From Ginglymostoma cirratum (Eukaryota): 64,000 nt of DNA. The DNA is taken from positions 72,130,958 through 72,194,957 of the forward strand of contig JAHRHZ010000012.1 in assembly GCA_024137785.1 (NCBI GenBank), read 5' to 3'. The notes beneath the pieces are model-generated. The model saw only the letters and a list, made by a program, of their open reading frames with translations. It was not told the DNA's origin and did no database searches. The position numbers and the translations under genes were made by a program. Of this stretch, positions 1 to 12,555 are shown one piece after another; the stretch's first letter is position 1, and each line of letters starts with the position of its first letter.

Positions 1-689
1 AGCCAGATGCTTTGGAATGACTTATTTACTGCATCAAATCAATTGCAAACTTTAGAATGGACCACTGAACTGGTACAGCACATCAGAATGCCAACACGTA
101 TTGCAGCAGAGAGCTAAGTCCTGGCTTCTTGCCTAATGTACTTCCAATAGATGGGTCCTGACATTTGCCATGGGTCGAGGACAGCTGTCACTGGGAGACC
201 CCATGTTTCACTACAGGGAATAATAATAAACTGTACAGGCTATTTAACTTCTAGAGCTTGGTCCATCAATGAATTGGATAATGGCTGATCTGAACCACAA
301 CTTTATTCATCTGCCTTTTTTCCTGTATTTGATGATCTTACCTAAAAAGCAAATGCCAAAGTAAATACATGCCACTTGTGATGGATCCTATATAGGCACG
401 GGTCAATTTTGTGCTCCCTGCAAGAAATGTTCTTCATACAAAGTTCTGTTCTCATCAAAATACTAGCACAAACACTGTGTTAGGTCCCTGGGACATTAGA
501 TTCAATTTTCTGATCTGCACTGGTAGTTGCCCATTTATCGTTACAGTGGATTTCTGGCCAAATTTCTGAGGCACAAGTTGAAGCAATCCAGCAATTCATG
601 CAGCAACTGACCATGGCCTTTTTTATGGTAGTCGCTGTCACGTTCTAGGGTTTCAAGGCGCCAAAGCCACTCTGACAACTGCTGAAAGA

Positions 690-1330
690 GGATAAATGTG
701 TATGGTAAGTGAGGGTAGGGTGGCAGGTGGGTGCCGGAGTGCAGGACTGCCAGGTGTGTGAGGGGTGGGGTGTCACATGGGTGGAGTGGGGGATGGTGAT
801 AAGTTGTTGGGGGTTTAGTTGTATATGCATGATGGAGTAGAGTGAGGGGTGCAGGTGCCAAGTTGTTGAAGAATCAAGGATATGTGCTAGAAGTTATTGT
901 GACGGGTAGATAAGGGGCCGAGGTGCCAAATGTATTGGAGTAGGTGCCAGGTGGGTGACGGTTGGTGACATGTTGATAGGGAGAATAAAGTACTAAGTGG
1001 GTGAGGGGAAGGTAGGGTGATGGCAAATGGTGATGTTTAGGGCGGTAGGTGGGTGAGAGGATTGTGCAGCAAGTTGGAAAGGGGTATAGGTGCCAGGTGG
1101 ACAGGATGGCAAGTGAATGTGGAGGTAGGATGGCAGATGGCACAGGGTAGGGTGGCAGGAGAGTGGGTGAGGGCTCAAGGTAAGTTATTTCCAGTTGGAG
1201 AATTGCATGAGATTGGGTGGAGGGAGGTTGGAGGTTGGGTTGGTGTGGAAGAGTTGGTATTGAGGTTTTTGGGTTCTTGTTGGAGGTTGGTAGAAGTAAT
1301 CAGGGATGTCAGTGGTGAATTGTAGGGGTC
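690..1330. repeat. G-rich strand-asymmetric low-complexity tract, probably the interior of a decayed non-autonomous element
   Basis: Dense ggtagggtggcag/ggtgggtg words. The overlapping ORFs are low-complexity H/P/T or G/W/V translations. Confidence 0.55.
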
Positions 1331-2301
1331 AGTTTCATAGTTAGCCAAATGTTAAAGCAAATATAATTCCTCTAATTTTACTTGGTTAACTATTAAGATA
1401 AGTAAGTCAGAATTACTCAAAGTTTCCAGGTCTAATTCAGAGTTCCCAGACAATCTCTGTGGAGTGAGCTGTGTTGGGACTTTCTCATGGTCTTAACGTG
1501 CGACTCTAGTATATACTTCAGCACCAACAATCTTCTGATTTGAAGAAATAGGCCACTAAGGACTCTGGACATTTGATGACTTGGCAAGTGTCATTTGCCC
1601 GTGGTCCTTCTGACACTGTTGCTCGGATGAACATGAGCCATAGGAACATTTCAGTAGCAGCAAACAAGACATCTTTCCTTACAAAAGCTTCAGATTATGA
1701 GGACACTCAGAGAGACAGATAGAGAAAAAAGTTTTCGCTCTCAATTTGGACACGTGACCTTATTGGTGAAGCAGGCCTGAAGGGCCAAATGGCCTACTTC
1801 TGCTACTTCTTATGTTCCTATGTTAGTAAAAGATCAACTTTGGTCTTAAAATAAATTAGTAGCACTGGTGCAAAAGCTGACATTACAATCAACAAATGTA
1901 GGAAAACTATGTGAACATGTCCTACAGTTTTCTGAGGTGTTGCTGATGAAGAAGTTTGCTTGTTAGTGTATAGTTGCAAAATTGCCATAATAACTCATTT
2001 ACTTGAGTTAGGAATAATTAGACGCAGCTATATGGAGGTAGGCAACAGATGGGCCATAATTTCATTGAATGGTGGAACAGGCTGGAGGGGCTGAATAGCC
2101 TACTCCTGTTTCTATGGTCCTATTTTGCTGAAGAGAAGAAGATGAGCATTAGCCAATGGAACGTTCAATTGATAGATTAGAGCACTCCTGGTATCTACTA
2201 CTATATCAATAAGACCTTCACACTTACTCAGGTTGAATCCTTCTTTCTCAATTAAACTTAACACTAAAAATGTAAAAAAAAAATTTAACAATGAGTGATT
2301 C

Positions 2302-3005
2302 GATGGGAGATGTAGAGTAATGAGTTAAGAACATGAGTCTAAGAGATCATGATGTAATGATGAAGTTAGGTTATATGATTAGAGAGAGAGCGAGATCTCC
2401 TGGAGGAGACATTTTAAGCTCATGTAGAACTCTGACTGTATAATAGATGGTCTGTAAATGACCAATTACTCATTGAGACAATATAGGAAGTCAATTCCTT
2501 AATTTTTTTGTGACAAGACTAATTAAAAATTCCATGATTCTAAAATCAACATGACTCCACCAAATTCCATTTTAGGCTGTTTATTTAAGCTGTATGCTGG
2601 AGATGCCAGTTAAAACTATGAATCTACGGCATCCACATTTGTTTTTGTCGTTTTTCTACAGAGTCTTAGGGCTGGATTTTATGGGCAGAATATTTTGGCA
2701 TTTGGGATCATTTACAGATTTCTGAGCGCTGTGCAGTCCACGTTAATTTTCCAGAGACTGATCAATGTTTCGTCTTCCTAATGAGGTGTGAGAAGCCTGA
2801 TTGTCTATCAAGTGACTGCTGCAGTCTATGTTCATTTCAACAGGAACTTTGTAATTTATAGACCATATATTTATGCAGCTAGAGTTCTACATGAGTTTAG
2901 AGTGTCTCCTCCAGGAGATCTCTCTCTCTCTAATCATATGATCTAATTTCATCATTACATCATGATCTCTTAGACTCATGCTCTTAACTCATCAAGTCTC
3001 CCATC
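2302..3005. repeat. Long inverted repeat: arms 2302-2433 and 2881-3005, spacer about 450 bp
   Basis: The reverse complement of 2881-3005 aligns directly to 2302-2433 (gatgggaga...tgagttaaga(a/g)catgagtctaagagatcatgatgtaatgatgaa...gagatctcctggaggagac...catgtagaactct). Confidence 0.93.
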
Positions 3006-3379
3006 AAGTTTCAAACATTACAAGGTTAGTCTGTAGGCAGTTATACAGCTTTCCTTGATCTTGTTCTGCTTTGTTTCTCAGGTTGATGACCTATTATGCT
3101 TTCCCTTTTCTTTACTTGAGTGTGTATTTCTTGGATATTTGCAGGACCTTTCATGAATCTCTGCTCTTCTCCAAGGCCAGGTTCATACAAGGATATTAAG
3201 ACTGTCTGATTTCTGCTTATAACACCTTGTGATGTTTACACAAATATGATCTCGACTGATACTTTTTGACAACAATTCCTTCTTGTTGTTGATCTCAGAT
3301 CTGTATTCGTTCCTCTGGCTGAAGAACTGGTAATTTGCAGGATTGCAGGATGTGGGAGCAAATTGACTAATGGTGCAGG

Positions 3380-3860
3380 AGGTCATTCAAGTGAGAGAAG
3401 TGAAATGGAATGTGATATTGATATGATGCAGTACAGTCAGGGGAACAAATACTTCTTACTGCAACATGACCAGCAATTTAGAAGGTTATGTGCCTGCCCA
3501 ATGCCTGGTTTAAAGATATCTCCCAAAGCTGGAGACGAATTTAAAGTGGAAGGGGAAGGATCCAGTTGTCATTCTCCAAGTAAGATCCAACAAAATAGAT
3601 AGAAGTAGGAATGATATTCTGCAGGAGGATTTTGAAGAGTTTGGATGCAAACTAAAAGGTAACTCCTGAAAAAAAGTCTTGATTTTTACTTCAGGAATGA
3701 ACCAATTGCTATAAGATAGAAGGTTAAAGTCTGTCTGAAGGACTGATAGAGTAAGCAGGTGTTTTGTTTCAATACTGGGGAAAGAAAAGGCTGTTCATTC
3801 GGGGTGGGCTCCATGTAAATTGGGCTGGAAACAGTGACTTGACAAATCAAATAACTAAGG
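3380..3860 (+). mobile_element. Decayed CR1 LINE ORF1 (SGNH esterase-like) fragment
   Basis: Frameshifted remnants resembling CLPGARVKDI (tgcctgcccaatgcctggtttaaagatatc) and EGEDPVV...NDIL..DFEE.G.KLK (3548-3660). Confidence 0.6.
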
Positions 3861-4979
3861 TAAGTATTTCATTTTAAATTAAGGAATTGACAAGGAGTGG
3901 AGAAGGCAGTGGAAGGATTCAGGGAAAAGAATAAATTCAAAAGTTGAAAGGCTTGAAAACTGAGCAATATTTTGGGCAAAATAAAAAGTCAGAATTGTTC
4001 AGGAAGGAACAGTCAAAGAAACAAAGGTATTAAAGTATTAATGGCTAATGTGACATGGATGAAAATTAGAGAAATATCGCAGCTAAAGGGATTATGCAAA
4101 ACTGTATGAAGAATTTGCAACAAATTAGACTTACTTGTAATTAGACATCTCAGATATGGATAACAAGGTCCAATTCCTGCCCCTTTGAGCATATTATGCA
4201 TTCTGAAATACTTGATGCCTTGCATAGTTGGACTCTTTTTCCAACACAGTGTCAGGGAGACATGGTTCAAAACTGCTGCCAAGATGAGCATGTTCATACA
4301 GAGCTATCATGGATCTCACATGTGCTTGATGCTGTTTTGATGTATGCTATCTATATATCCATCTAAATCTTTGCATAGAATGCATTTATTGTATGATATA
4401 TTTAAAACTGAAAATCAAAACTGTTAAACATCAAGATGGTACACTTTTAAGGATCTACATGAAATGAGCAATTGGTTTCAATAAGAAATAATTGCTTTAA
4501 TGAACAATCAAATATCTGATTGACCAAACACAAACGAATCAAAGGCTCTTTGATTCATCCTGTATTTGCTAATGAGGAGTGAGTAGTGTGGAGAAAGTTA
4601 AGGAATAAAGTTCAGTTGATCTGAAATGTTGGTTTTTTTTTATCCCACAGGCATTTTGCATTACTGGTTGAGTATTTCCCGTATTGTCAATTTTTATTCA
4701 AAAGTTTCAGTCCATTATTTTTTCAATAAATCTACTTTCATCGACTAAGTAACTGAAAAACTGATAAATTAATTTTCTCAATTCACATCTTCAGACCATT
4801 TTCATTTACTATTCCTTCTTCAGTCATCTCAAGGCAGGGTCGCTACCAGTGTACCGCATGTCCCTGAGGCCAGCATTTATTGCCTATCTCTAACTGCCTA
4901 TTTGAATACTAAGGCATTTAGGTAGATGCAATTACTCATATGATAATTTTCAGGTAATTCCTCATTCTTTATTTTGCAG

Positions 4980-5116
4980 AATTGCCTAAAGCTTCTGTAA
5001 ACATTACAAATGTTACTGTGATTGAAGGGGGAGAAGCTGCAATACAATGTAATGCTCTAGGCCATCCAATTCCCACTGTGGACTGGCAAAATCACCTTCT
5101 CTACTCGACTGACCAG
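4980..5116 (+). CDS. NTRK2: TrkB coding exon, first half of Ig-like domain 1 (137 bp, phase 1 to 0)
   Basis: ttttgcag acceptor and CAG|gtataa donor. Manual translation LPKASVNITNVTVIEGGEAAIQCNALGHPIPTVDWQNHLLYSTDQ aligns with TrkB [35 protein letters not shown] (Ig Cys, G-x-P-x-P, Trp). Confidence 0.92.
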
Positions 5117-5545
5117 GTATAATCATGATGCTCTCAGAAGCCAATGTTTCTACCACCACTCACCATTTTATGTTATTGTTATGAATAAGAAAATGAGGAA
5201 GGATGTGAGACCTGGGAAATGTGCAATTTAGCAAGTCACTTATGCTCTGTTGGGCTCCCATTCTTTATTTCTTTCCTGTCTGATTCTACTACTTTTCTCC
5301 TAAAAATAAGGGCATTTGCTATGGCATTTTTCTGTTGGCACATGGTTGGACAATGACTGGTCCTGCCTGTCCATTTTTCCTGTTTCTTAAGGTCAATGGA
5401 AAATTATTTTTTAAACATGATGCTCACTTTTATCATGGGAATTTGTTAGTATTGGGAACACTGCACACTAACTGGAATAGAAAACTCTTGGGCTTAAAGC
5501 CTTTGAATAATCTAATGAGTGACATCATGGTATTTCTCTTCATAG

Positions 5546-5681
5546 TCAGCAGAAACCTCTAGACCACCAATAATATTAAAGCTCAGCAATATTTCTCGTG
5601 TTAACAATGGACAGCAACTTATCTGTACAGCAGAGAATATAGTTGGAGAATCTAAGGCTTTTGTCAATCTAACAGTTCTCT
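5546..5681 (+). CDS. NTRK2: TrkB coding exon, second half of Ig-like domain 1 (136 bp, phase 0 to 1)
   Basis: ttctcttcatag acceptor and T|gtaagt donor. Translation SAETSRPPIILKLSNISRVNNGQQLICTAENIVGESKAFVNLTVL has the Trk C-x-AEN-x-VGE...VNLTV motif. In frame with both flanking exons. Confidence 0.93.
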
Positions 5682-7415
5682 GTAAGTATGCATCTTATTC
5701 TACTTCATTTTATATTTTGATATTTTTACAACAACAAGCATGTTTGTGACTGGTGCTGATGGAATCTTATGTGGGTGAAGAATAAACCAAATATCAAATT
5801 TTCAAATAACGCAGTTTCCAATTATTTAAATAGGAGCAACTTGCAAATTTTACTCTCTGCTGATAAAAAGATTGGGTAGAATATATGTTGGTGATGGGTG
5901 TGTTGCCCACTGTTAGGAAACGAGCAGGAACACATCATAGCTGTTCTTTTGGAGGTCGATGCAATGGCCAGGTAATCTGGCACTTATCTGGACAACATAA
6001 CAATGTTATCTTGGAGCAGAAACTTATCAGTGCCAGCAATGTGACGAAAAGCTGTGGCATTACACTGGAACCTTCATCAAGGATTGATGTTGAATCACCA
6101 AGAATGGAAAATGGGGTATGATGAAGATAGGACAGATGCTATCAATAATGAAGACCAGAAGTGGATCAGAAGCAAAGGCAAGGGGATGTATTTCAGCGGA
6201 CTTCTCCCCTTCCTGTTGCTGGGTCCCTTGTTTGGACACTGAATATTTGAGAATGAGGATCTCCTTTGATTTCCATTGGCACACCCAACAAATTATCACA
6301 TAATTCCTCAACCAGCATTAAATCACAGTGGCCTCATTGATTTCCTGGCCCCAGTAGGCAACTTTCTCATGTTGACTCTTCCTTCCAAACACTTAGTTCT
6401 TCCCATGCAGTTGTTTGCACCCTTCACCATCTTGCCCACTCCAGTGGACTCCATCAAATTCTGCCCACTGTGAAACAATTCTATGAATACCAATAATTTA
6501 AAGATAAAGTGCTTATGCGTCACTTCAATGAGGTCATTAATAGAAATGATTCCTCAGGTTAAGGGAACTTCAGAAGAAACAATAGCAAACAGTGAAAAAC
6601 ATTCAGAGTTGGGACAGCACCCGTGGAAAGAATAGACCAGTTAAAGAATAAGCCATGATCATTTTAATGAGACAGCAGGCCCAATGGGCCATATGCTTAT
6701 TTCCTGTACATAGCTCATAAATTCTTATTTAGTCTTGAGCGGGCCCTGACAGAAAAGTAAGATATGAATTCTACTGCTCTATAGTCTGTATGGCAGAAAT
6801 GTGCCACCTGCAAATAGAGTCCTCAGTCCAGCTTCAAATCTCAATCAAAATGCCATTTGTAAAGTTCTTTGCTGATAGTTCCATCAGATTAACTTACAGC
6901 TACTTTTCCTTTCTGTTTCCGCTGGTCGACTCTAAGGAACAAAGATCACGGCAAGGTCATTTTGAATGTTATTTAACCCTACTCTGTCCTGAAAACCTTT
7001 GGCAGTGTTGAGAGAGCAGGTCACCAATACTACTCTGATGAAAAGTCATCTCAACTCAAAACTTGCTTTCTGTCCTTGGATGTTGTCTGACCTGCCGTAA
7101 TCGTCAGCATTTTCTGTTTTCACCAGTACCAGTTTTGATGCACTCCTATAGCAGAATAGGGCAGAACAATTTTGACCCTTGTCCTTAAAGACACAATGAG
7201 AATGGGGGTAGGTGAAAAATTTTACAAAAGATGTCCCAAGTAGCAAGGTAGAATGATTGGAAGTTTCCCTTCCAGTGGTAGAATGAATGGATAGACATGA
7301 GTTTCTTGTCAATGAATTCTCAAGACTTTACATTGACAAATATTTGATAACTCTATATCCTTCAACACGTTTTGTGTAACTTTGGGTTTAACTAACATTA
7401 TTTGTTTCTCTCCAG

Positions 7416-7718
7416 TTCCTCCTAGAATAATATTGTTGGGTGAAGCAATTCCAGACCACCGCTGGTGCATTCCTTTCAGTGTAACAGGCAACCCACCACC
7501 CAAAATTCAATGGTACCACAATAATTATCCTCTGAATGAGACGGATTTTATACTGACACAAATTCATGAGGAAAATATCAGTGAGCAACATGGCTGCTTG
7601 CAGCTGGACAATCCAACCCATCTGAATAACGGGAACTATACTCTATACATTTATAACGATTTAGGACAGGATAAGGGCACAGTATATGCTCATTTCATGC
7701 ACCATCCTCCTGGTTCAG
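7416..7718 (+). CDS. NTRK2: TrkB coding exon, Ig-like domain 2 (d5, neurotrophin-binding; 303 bp, phase 1 to 1)
   Basis: tttctctccag acceptor and TCAG|gtaggt donor. Encodes FPPRII...DHRWCIPFSVTGNPPPKIQWY...HGCLQLDNPTHLNNGNYTL...AHFM. HGCLQLDNPTH is characteristic of TrkB. Lies within ORF-track entry 7382..7795. Confidence 0.96.
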
Positions 7719-9539
7719 GTAGGTATTTTCTTATCTTATTGTTACTATTGTTGCTTTATTTCGTTATTGTTCCATGTGTCTATATTCAGTTTTGAAGAGA
7801 TTTGTTAATTAGATATGTCCAATGGTCTCAATATCCAACCAATGGGTGTAAATGACAGTAGCACAAGACCTGTCTCGGTTTTAGAGATGTATAATTCATA
7901 GGAGAGGTTCATATGAGAGTCATCTCCTAAATGTTTACTGTGCTTTTGAATCGTAAGGGGGCCAAAGTTTTCACGAGTCATAGTCACAGAATCTGTGAAG
8001 ACAGAGATGAATAATTATGTAACATTGCAAAGCTACCTTGATTAATGCATAAAATTTAAAAAGAGCGGAAACTTGCCTTGGGTGGAGATGCAGAACAGAT
8101 GGCATTGCCTCTTCTGCTCGTAACACACCCTGCCTAATATTCCAGTCTATTCCATTGATTTCTCAAAACTAATGTTTTGAGTCTGCTCACAAGTTTTATT
8201 TTGTCCCCACCCCACTAAATGCTTCTGTAACATTAGTATTGTCTAATGGCATCTAAGAGCTTTCCGGTCAATGTATCAGGGTGCAAATCATATTCAGCAT
8301 TGGCATCAAGAATTAAACATTCCATCTTTTGTAAAGTGTGGTACTTTGAATAAATATTCTATATACTAGAACTGTTTGCAGACAGAGCATTATTTAACAA
8401 ATTATAACATGTCTTTCCACGAATGAAGTATAGAATGAAACCAACATATAATACCTTATTAGTGCAAAGGCTTAAATGGTGACCTTTTGGACACCATTCA
8501 GACATCAGAGTGTTAGATTGTTACCTAGGTTGACATACACATGAGGCAAATCCCTGGTACTTGGATGTAGCATTACTAGCCTACATTCCATAACTACTGA
8601 CAAGGAATATAAGAACAATTGAAACAATATTAACAATATTTTGTTCTTCCCATCAGGGAAGAAATAAACTGAAGGCACATAAAGTTCATTAATGGAATAA
8701 AACTTGGCAACCTGTTCTATGAGTGAAATATTTTGTAATGATTCATATTTAACTAACTTTCTTTTCCAAATCCTTTTCCCCAAAACTTTTAGCGCTCTGT
8801 TGAAAAATAAATTTGATTTTTCTTTTTGTCCTTTATTCTGTTTCAATTTATCAGTTTGCTGTATTAAATTTTATATTTTTTTTTTCTTCTCCAGCAACCC
8901 TGGCAGCAAATTACTTTAACATTGCATACAATCCTATTACTCCTTTCTTAAATTTACATGTTCACCTTGTGGTTTTCAAGCCGATAATGTGTCAGTTACA
9001 TGAGTATCTTCACTTCTCAGTTTCATGGTCCCCAGTAATGTAATTTCCAGTTCCATATGTAAATGTGGTGACTTCCTTGAAGATGTACTTATATTACATC
9101 AATCTGAAATTGAAAAACCATCTCCCCATAGTAAACTCTTTGTTTCACAGTCGTATCTGCAAATCACTAATGTTCTTGCTTGGAGAATGACCTAATGATT
9201 TAAAAACATTGGATAACTCTTTCAAACATGTAATATTGATTTCACAGCTGATAAAAAGATAGTACGAAGTGATGCAACACATGACTCAACTCATATCATA
9301 CAAAGAAAGAACGTAATTGTAAGTGATAAGTCCATCTCAAGTTTGGATTTTTGGCTCTTGAACTGTTTAAACATTTCCAGGAAGCCAATTCTGAGTGAGG
9401 TTGCTATTTGAAACAAATCCAGGTATTAACGTGATTTTTGAATTACGCACAGGTTCATGGTTTTCTGGATTTTTACACATTTCTTTTTTTCCCATCTTTT
9501 TATGATAATTATTATTAACTTTCCGCTTTTCAATGAAGA

Positions 9540-11760
9540 CGTAATATCTATAGATCAACAGAATGTAGTATGGGCTACATTGGATAGGACTTCTAGTAAT
9601 AGGGTTTTCAGAAATGATGAGGGAGAAAATGTAGGTAACAATGATAAGGAAGGATTTTGTTGGATCTTATGTTAAGATAGAATCCAAATGATAAGACTAA
9701 GAAACACAATAAGAAATGGTAAAACTGTTAATGTCCATTGCAGGGCATCAAATAAGGAAGACAAACTAGAAGAGGCAACCAAATTTGCAAGGGCAACAGG
9801 CCAGTTCTAACTGAACTGAAATGCAAGCAGTCAATGTGGGGAGTATTTTTTAGAAATTTATCCGGACTGCTTCCTGCACCAGTTTGCCTCTGATCAACTA
9901 AGAAAACACGTGGTAAAATAATTCTAGATAATGATGTGGGCTAAATAACTGATATGGGAGCAGGGGAACATTTGGAAAAATTACCCAAACATAGTTAGAT
10001 TCAGTCTAAGAAAGGAGGAGAACATGATTTATAAATTAGTTGCTGGAATAGTAAAAGGATGAAGTGCTGTCAGATGAGAAGGATTAATTATCCAAATTAA
10101 TTTGCCTGTATAGGTGGAGAACAGGTTGATAGATCAGCTGTGAGATCTCTTTGAATCCATATTGCATATTTATTATATTCCATGAAGCCAAAAGGAATTC
10201 AAAGAACAGAGTTAATTAGACAAAAAACAGATTTAAAAATAAAATTAATCTTGAAAGGGAAGTGACTTATAAAATTAAAGTGAATAACACTAAGAATAAT
10301 TTTGAATAAAGTTGTATGTTTAATTTTTATTAAAATGACGTATAAAAGGGGGATTAGAAGGTCTAAAAGGTGATATGAAAGAAGGCTACTGGATTACATA
10401 ATAGATTACATATTTCAACATGTTAGTAAAAGATTATCTGAAAAGAGAATACAGCCTCTATAGAAAGAAATAAAAAGTGGCATTTTGCCTCCCTGGAGGT
10501 AGCTAGAGGGATGGTGAGAAGGGCAATAATTATGCAATTTGGTCCTTGATAGAAACTCACCCCCTCTGGGCACCTCTATGATTAAATGCTGGTTGAGAAA
10601 GTACATGGGCCACTTGCTTGACTTGTAAATAAGATCCTTAAATAGTCAATTAATGTTCACCTAAAGGCCTCACCGTGCCATCTTTCAGATTACCTCCCTT
10701 TGAGACTGGTGAGTAAAACAGCTTATTTCTCAACTGAGTAACTAGGGCAACCTGCATACCCCAATCAGGAAGCATGTGGGGACAATTGATCTCTGAAAGC
10801 CACCACAGGCCTGGCCTCTGAATCTGCCAAACTTCCTTTCCCTGCAACACCACTTCTGCAAGAAGAAATAAATGGCTAACTTTCTTGCTGCTAGGGACCC
10901 CCTGGAGTTAGCCTCGACCGTTGGTCCTCAGGATCCAGAAGCTGATAAGTCAATCCTATGGACCAGCAGCTTCTGACGATCTAACACTTCAGTGTCAAAA
11001 CACTTGAAAAGGCACAAAACTTGCCTGTACGTTGTCTAAATGAGCTGCTATGTGCATGATTCTCAGAGCTATCTCACCAGAGGGGGTGGCTTGTTAGATG
11101 CCACTGAACACGTTCATCCCACATTCAGTCAAAAATGGGAAAATCCTGGCCTTAAAGTTTAATCATTGAGGATGAAAGTAAGTGGGAGATAGATATTAAA
11201 TATTTTGCAATGATTTTTTACAAATGATAATGCGGGTAGACTGGAGGTGCACTAACAGAAGCTCCAAAACATTTGTCAGCGATGGGTATTGAAAAGAGTT
11301 TGGAATTAAAATAAAACATTGCTGTACACTCTAGACTATTGAAAGAAGCCAGAGGAGATAGCAGAAGCTTTGACCAAAATCTTTCACCCCTTTAAATACT
11401 CAAATTGTGCTGTATGATTAGGAAGTAGCTGACATTTTGTTTTGAAGAAACAGACGAAATATAACTGAGCACCTCAGACAATTTAGTTTAATGTCAGTTG
11501 CATTAACATTCTTAATTTAAGTATATCATGTTTAATAATTAGGGATTTTTTTTCAGAGGTAACCAGTTATTAAGACAAAAAATGGTAGATACAGGATATA
11601 TTTTCAGAAAACAACTGATTATGTTTCTCAGAAGTGACTTATTAGAAAATCTCAACTGCATGGCAATGAAAGGACTTCAATTAAACTGTGCCAGAGACAG
11701 TCAGGAATATTCCATTGTACAATGGTTGTTGGAATATTTTGCCACTGAATGGAAGGCACG
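9540..11760 (+). mobile_element. Highly decayed CR1 LINE ORF2 (EN-RT), interrupted at about 10480-11155 by another element
   Basis: Recognisable CR1-like segments: gggaacatttggaaaa (GEHLG), gagatagcagaagctttgacc..atcttt (EIAEAL..IF), gtagatacaggatat..tttcagaaa. Confidence 0.5.
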
Positions 11761-12347
11761 TTAGGCATCCAACAGTTGCAATGCACATCAGTGAGAAAGA
11801 AACTATTCGTGTTTTTTTTCCTATGAGTCTTTTACGTTGCCAAGATGGACACAGGTCACTACTCTGTCTTTATATGCACCTATTAGAAAATAAAGAAAGA
11901 TATAACCTTCCAGCTGATAGACCTCAGAAGCTAGAGAACTAAAAAGTACCTCAAATCATTTTGTTAGTAGTTTCCAAAATAATCTTTTACCAGTGTTAGC
12001 TGCACTCAGGACCCTCTCCAGGTTGACAGAGATTCCTAGGCTGACCAGAGTCGAGGTTTTCAAGAGTTCCCTTGCAATAAGGTGATCAACAAGTGGTTCC
12101 TCAAAAGAGTGAGTTAGACTTCTCCTGCCACATTACAATATCAATGCCTACTACTTTTGAGGTCTCATTTAAGCCTTACTGGAAAGCCCTCATAATTCCC
12201 AGAGTAGTGCAATGGTGACATAGAGCTGAAGAAGAAAATGGTCCCTTATTTTTCCTTTGCTTTACATTTCTGAACTTTGATGAACTAAATATTGAAATCT
12301 GTGTTTCCAATATATTTGTACCTAATTATGTACTTTTTAAAATTTAG

Positions 12348-12380
12348 GTAATGAACCAATTACAGATCCTGGATTTTATG
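12348..12380 (+). CDS. NTRK2: TrkB 33-nt extracellular juxtamembrane microexon (GNEPITDPGFY; phase 1 to 1)
   Basis: aaatttag acceptor and ATG|gtaagt donor. Frame-preserving. Position and size match the short exon that follows d5 in tetrapod TrkB (human GANPNYPDVIYE). Confidence 0.8.
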
Positions 12381-12555
12381 GTAAGTTTGATGTACAATGT
12401 CTTTCTAATTATTGTAAAATTTAAATTGGAGAAAATTATCCATGCAAGAGTTGTACTTGAAAAAACGTTGGAGAAGTTTTCAAAGAGATTCATTTTGCAA
12501 AGAAATCACGTAGCACCTCGTTTTTAATTTGTTACAGTTGGGGACATAAATGAGT

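Noticed and set aside
541-1325. Cluster of overlapping ORFs of 60-106 aa
   Set aside because: Translations of a G-rich low-complexity tract with no recognisable domain and no splice-compatible link to NTRK2.
1-4979. Search for the upstream LRR/cysteine-cluster exon (NPFxCSCD..W)
   Set aside because: No such reading frame recognised; it probably lies upstream of the window.
7382-7795. 137-aa ORF as a standalone gene
   Set aside because: It is the d5 exon plus intronic flanks. The TTG start lies in the intron upstream of the acceptor.
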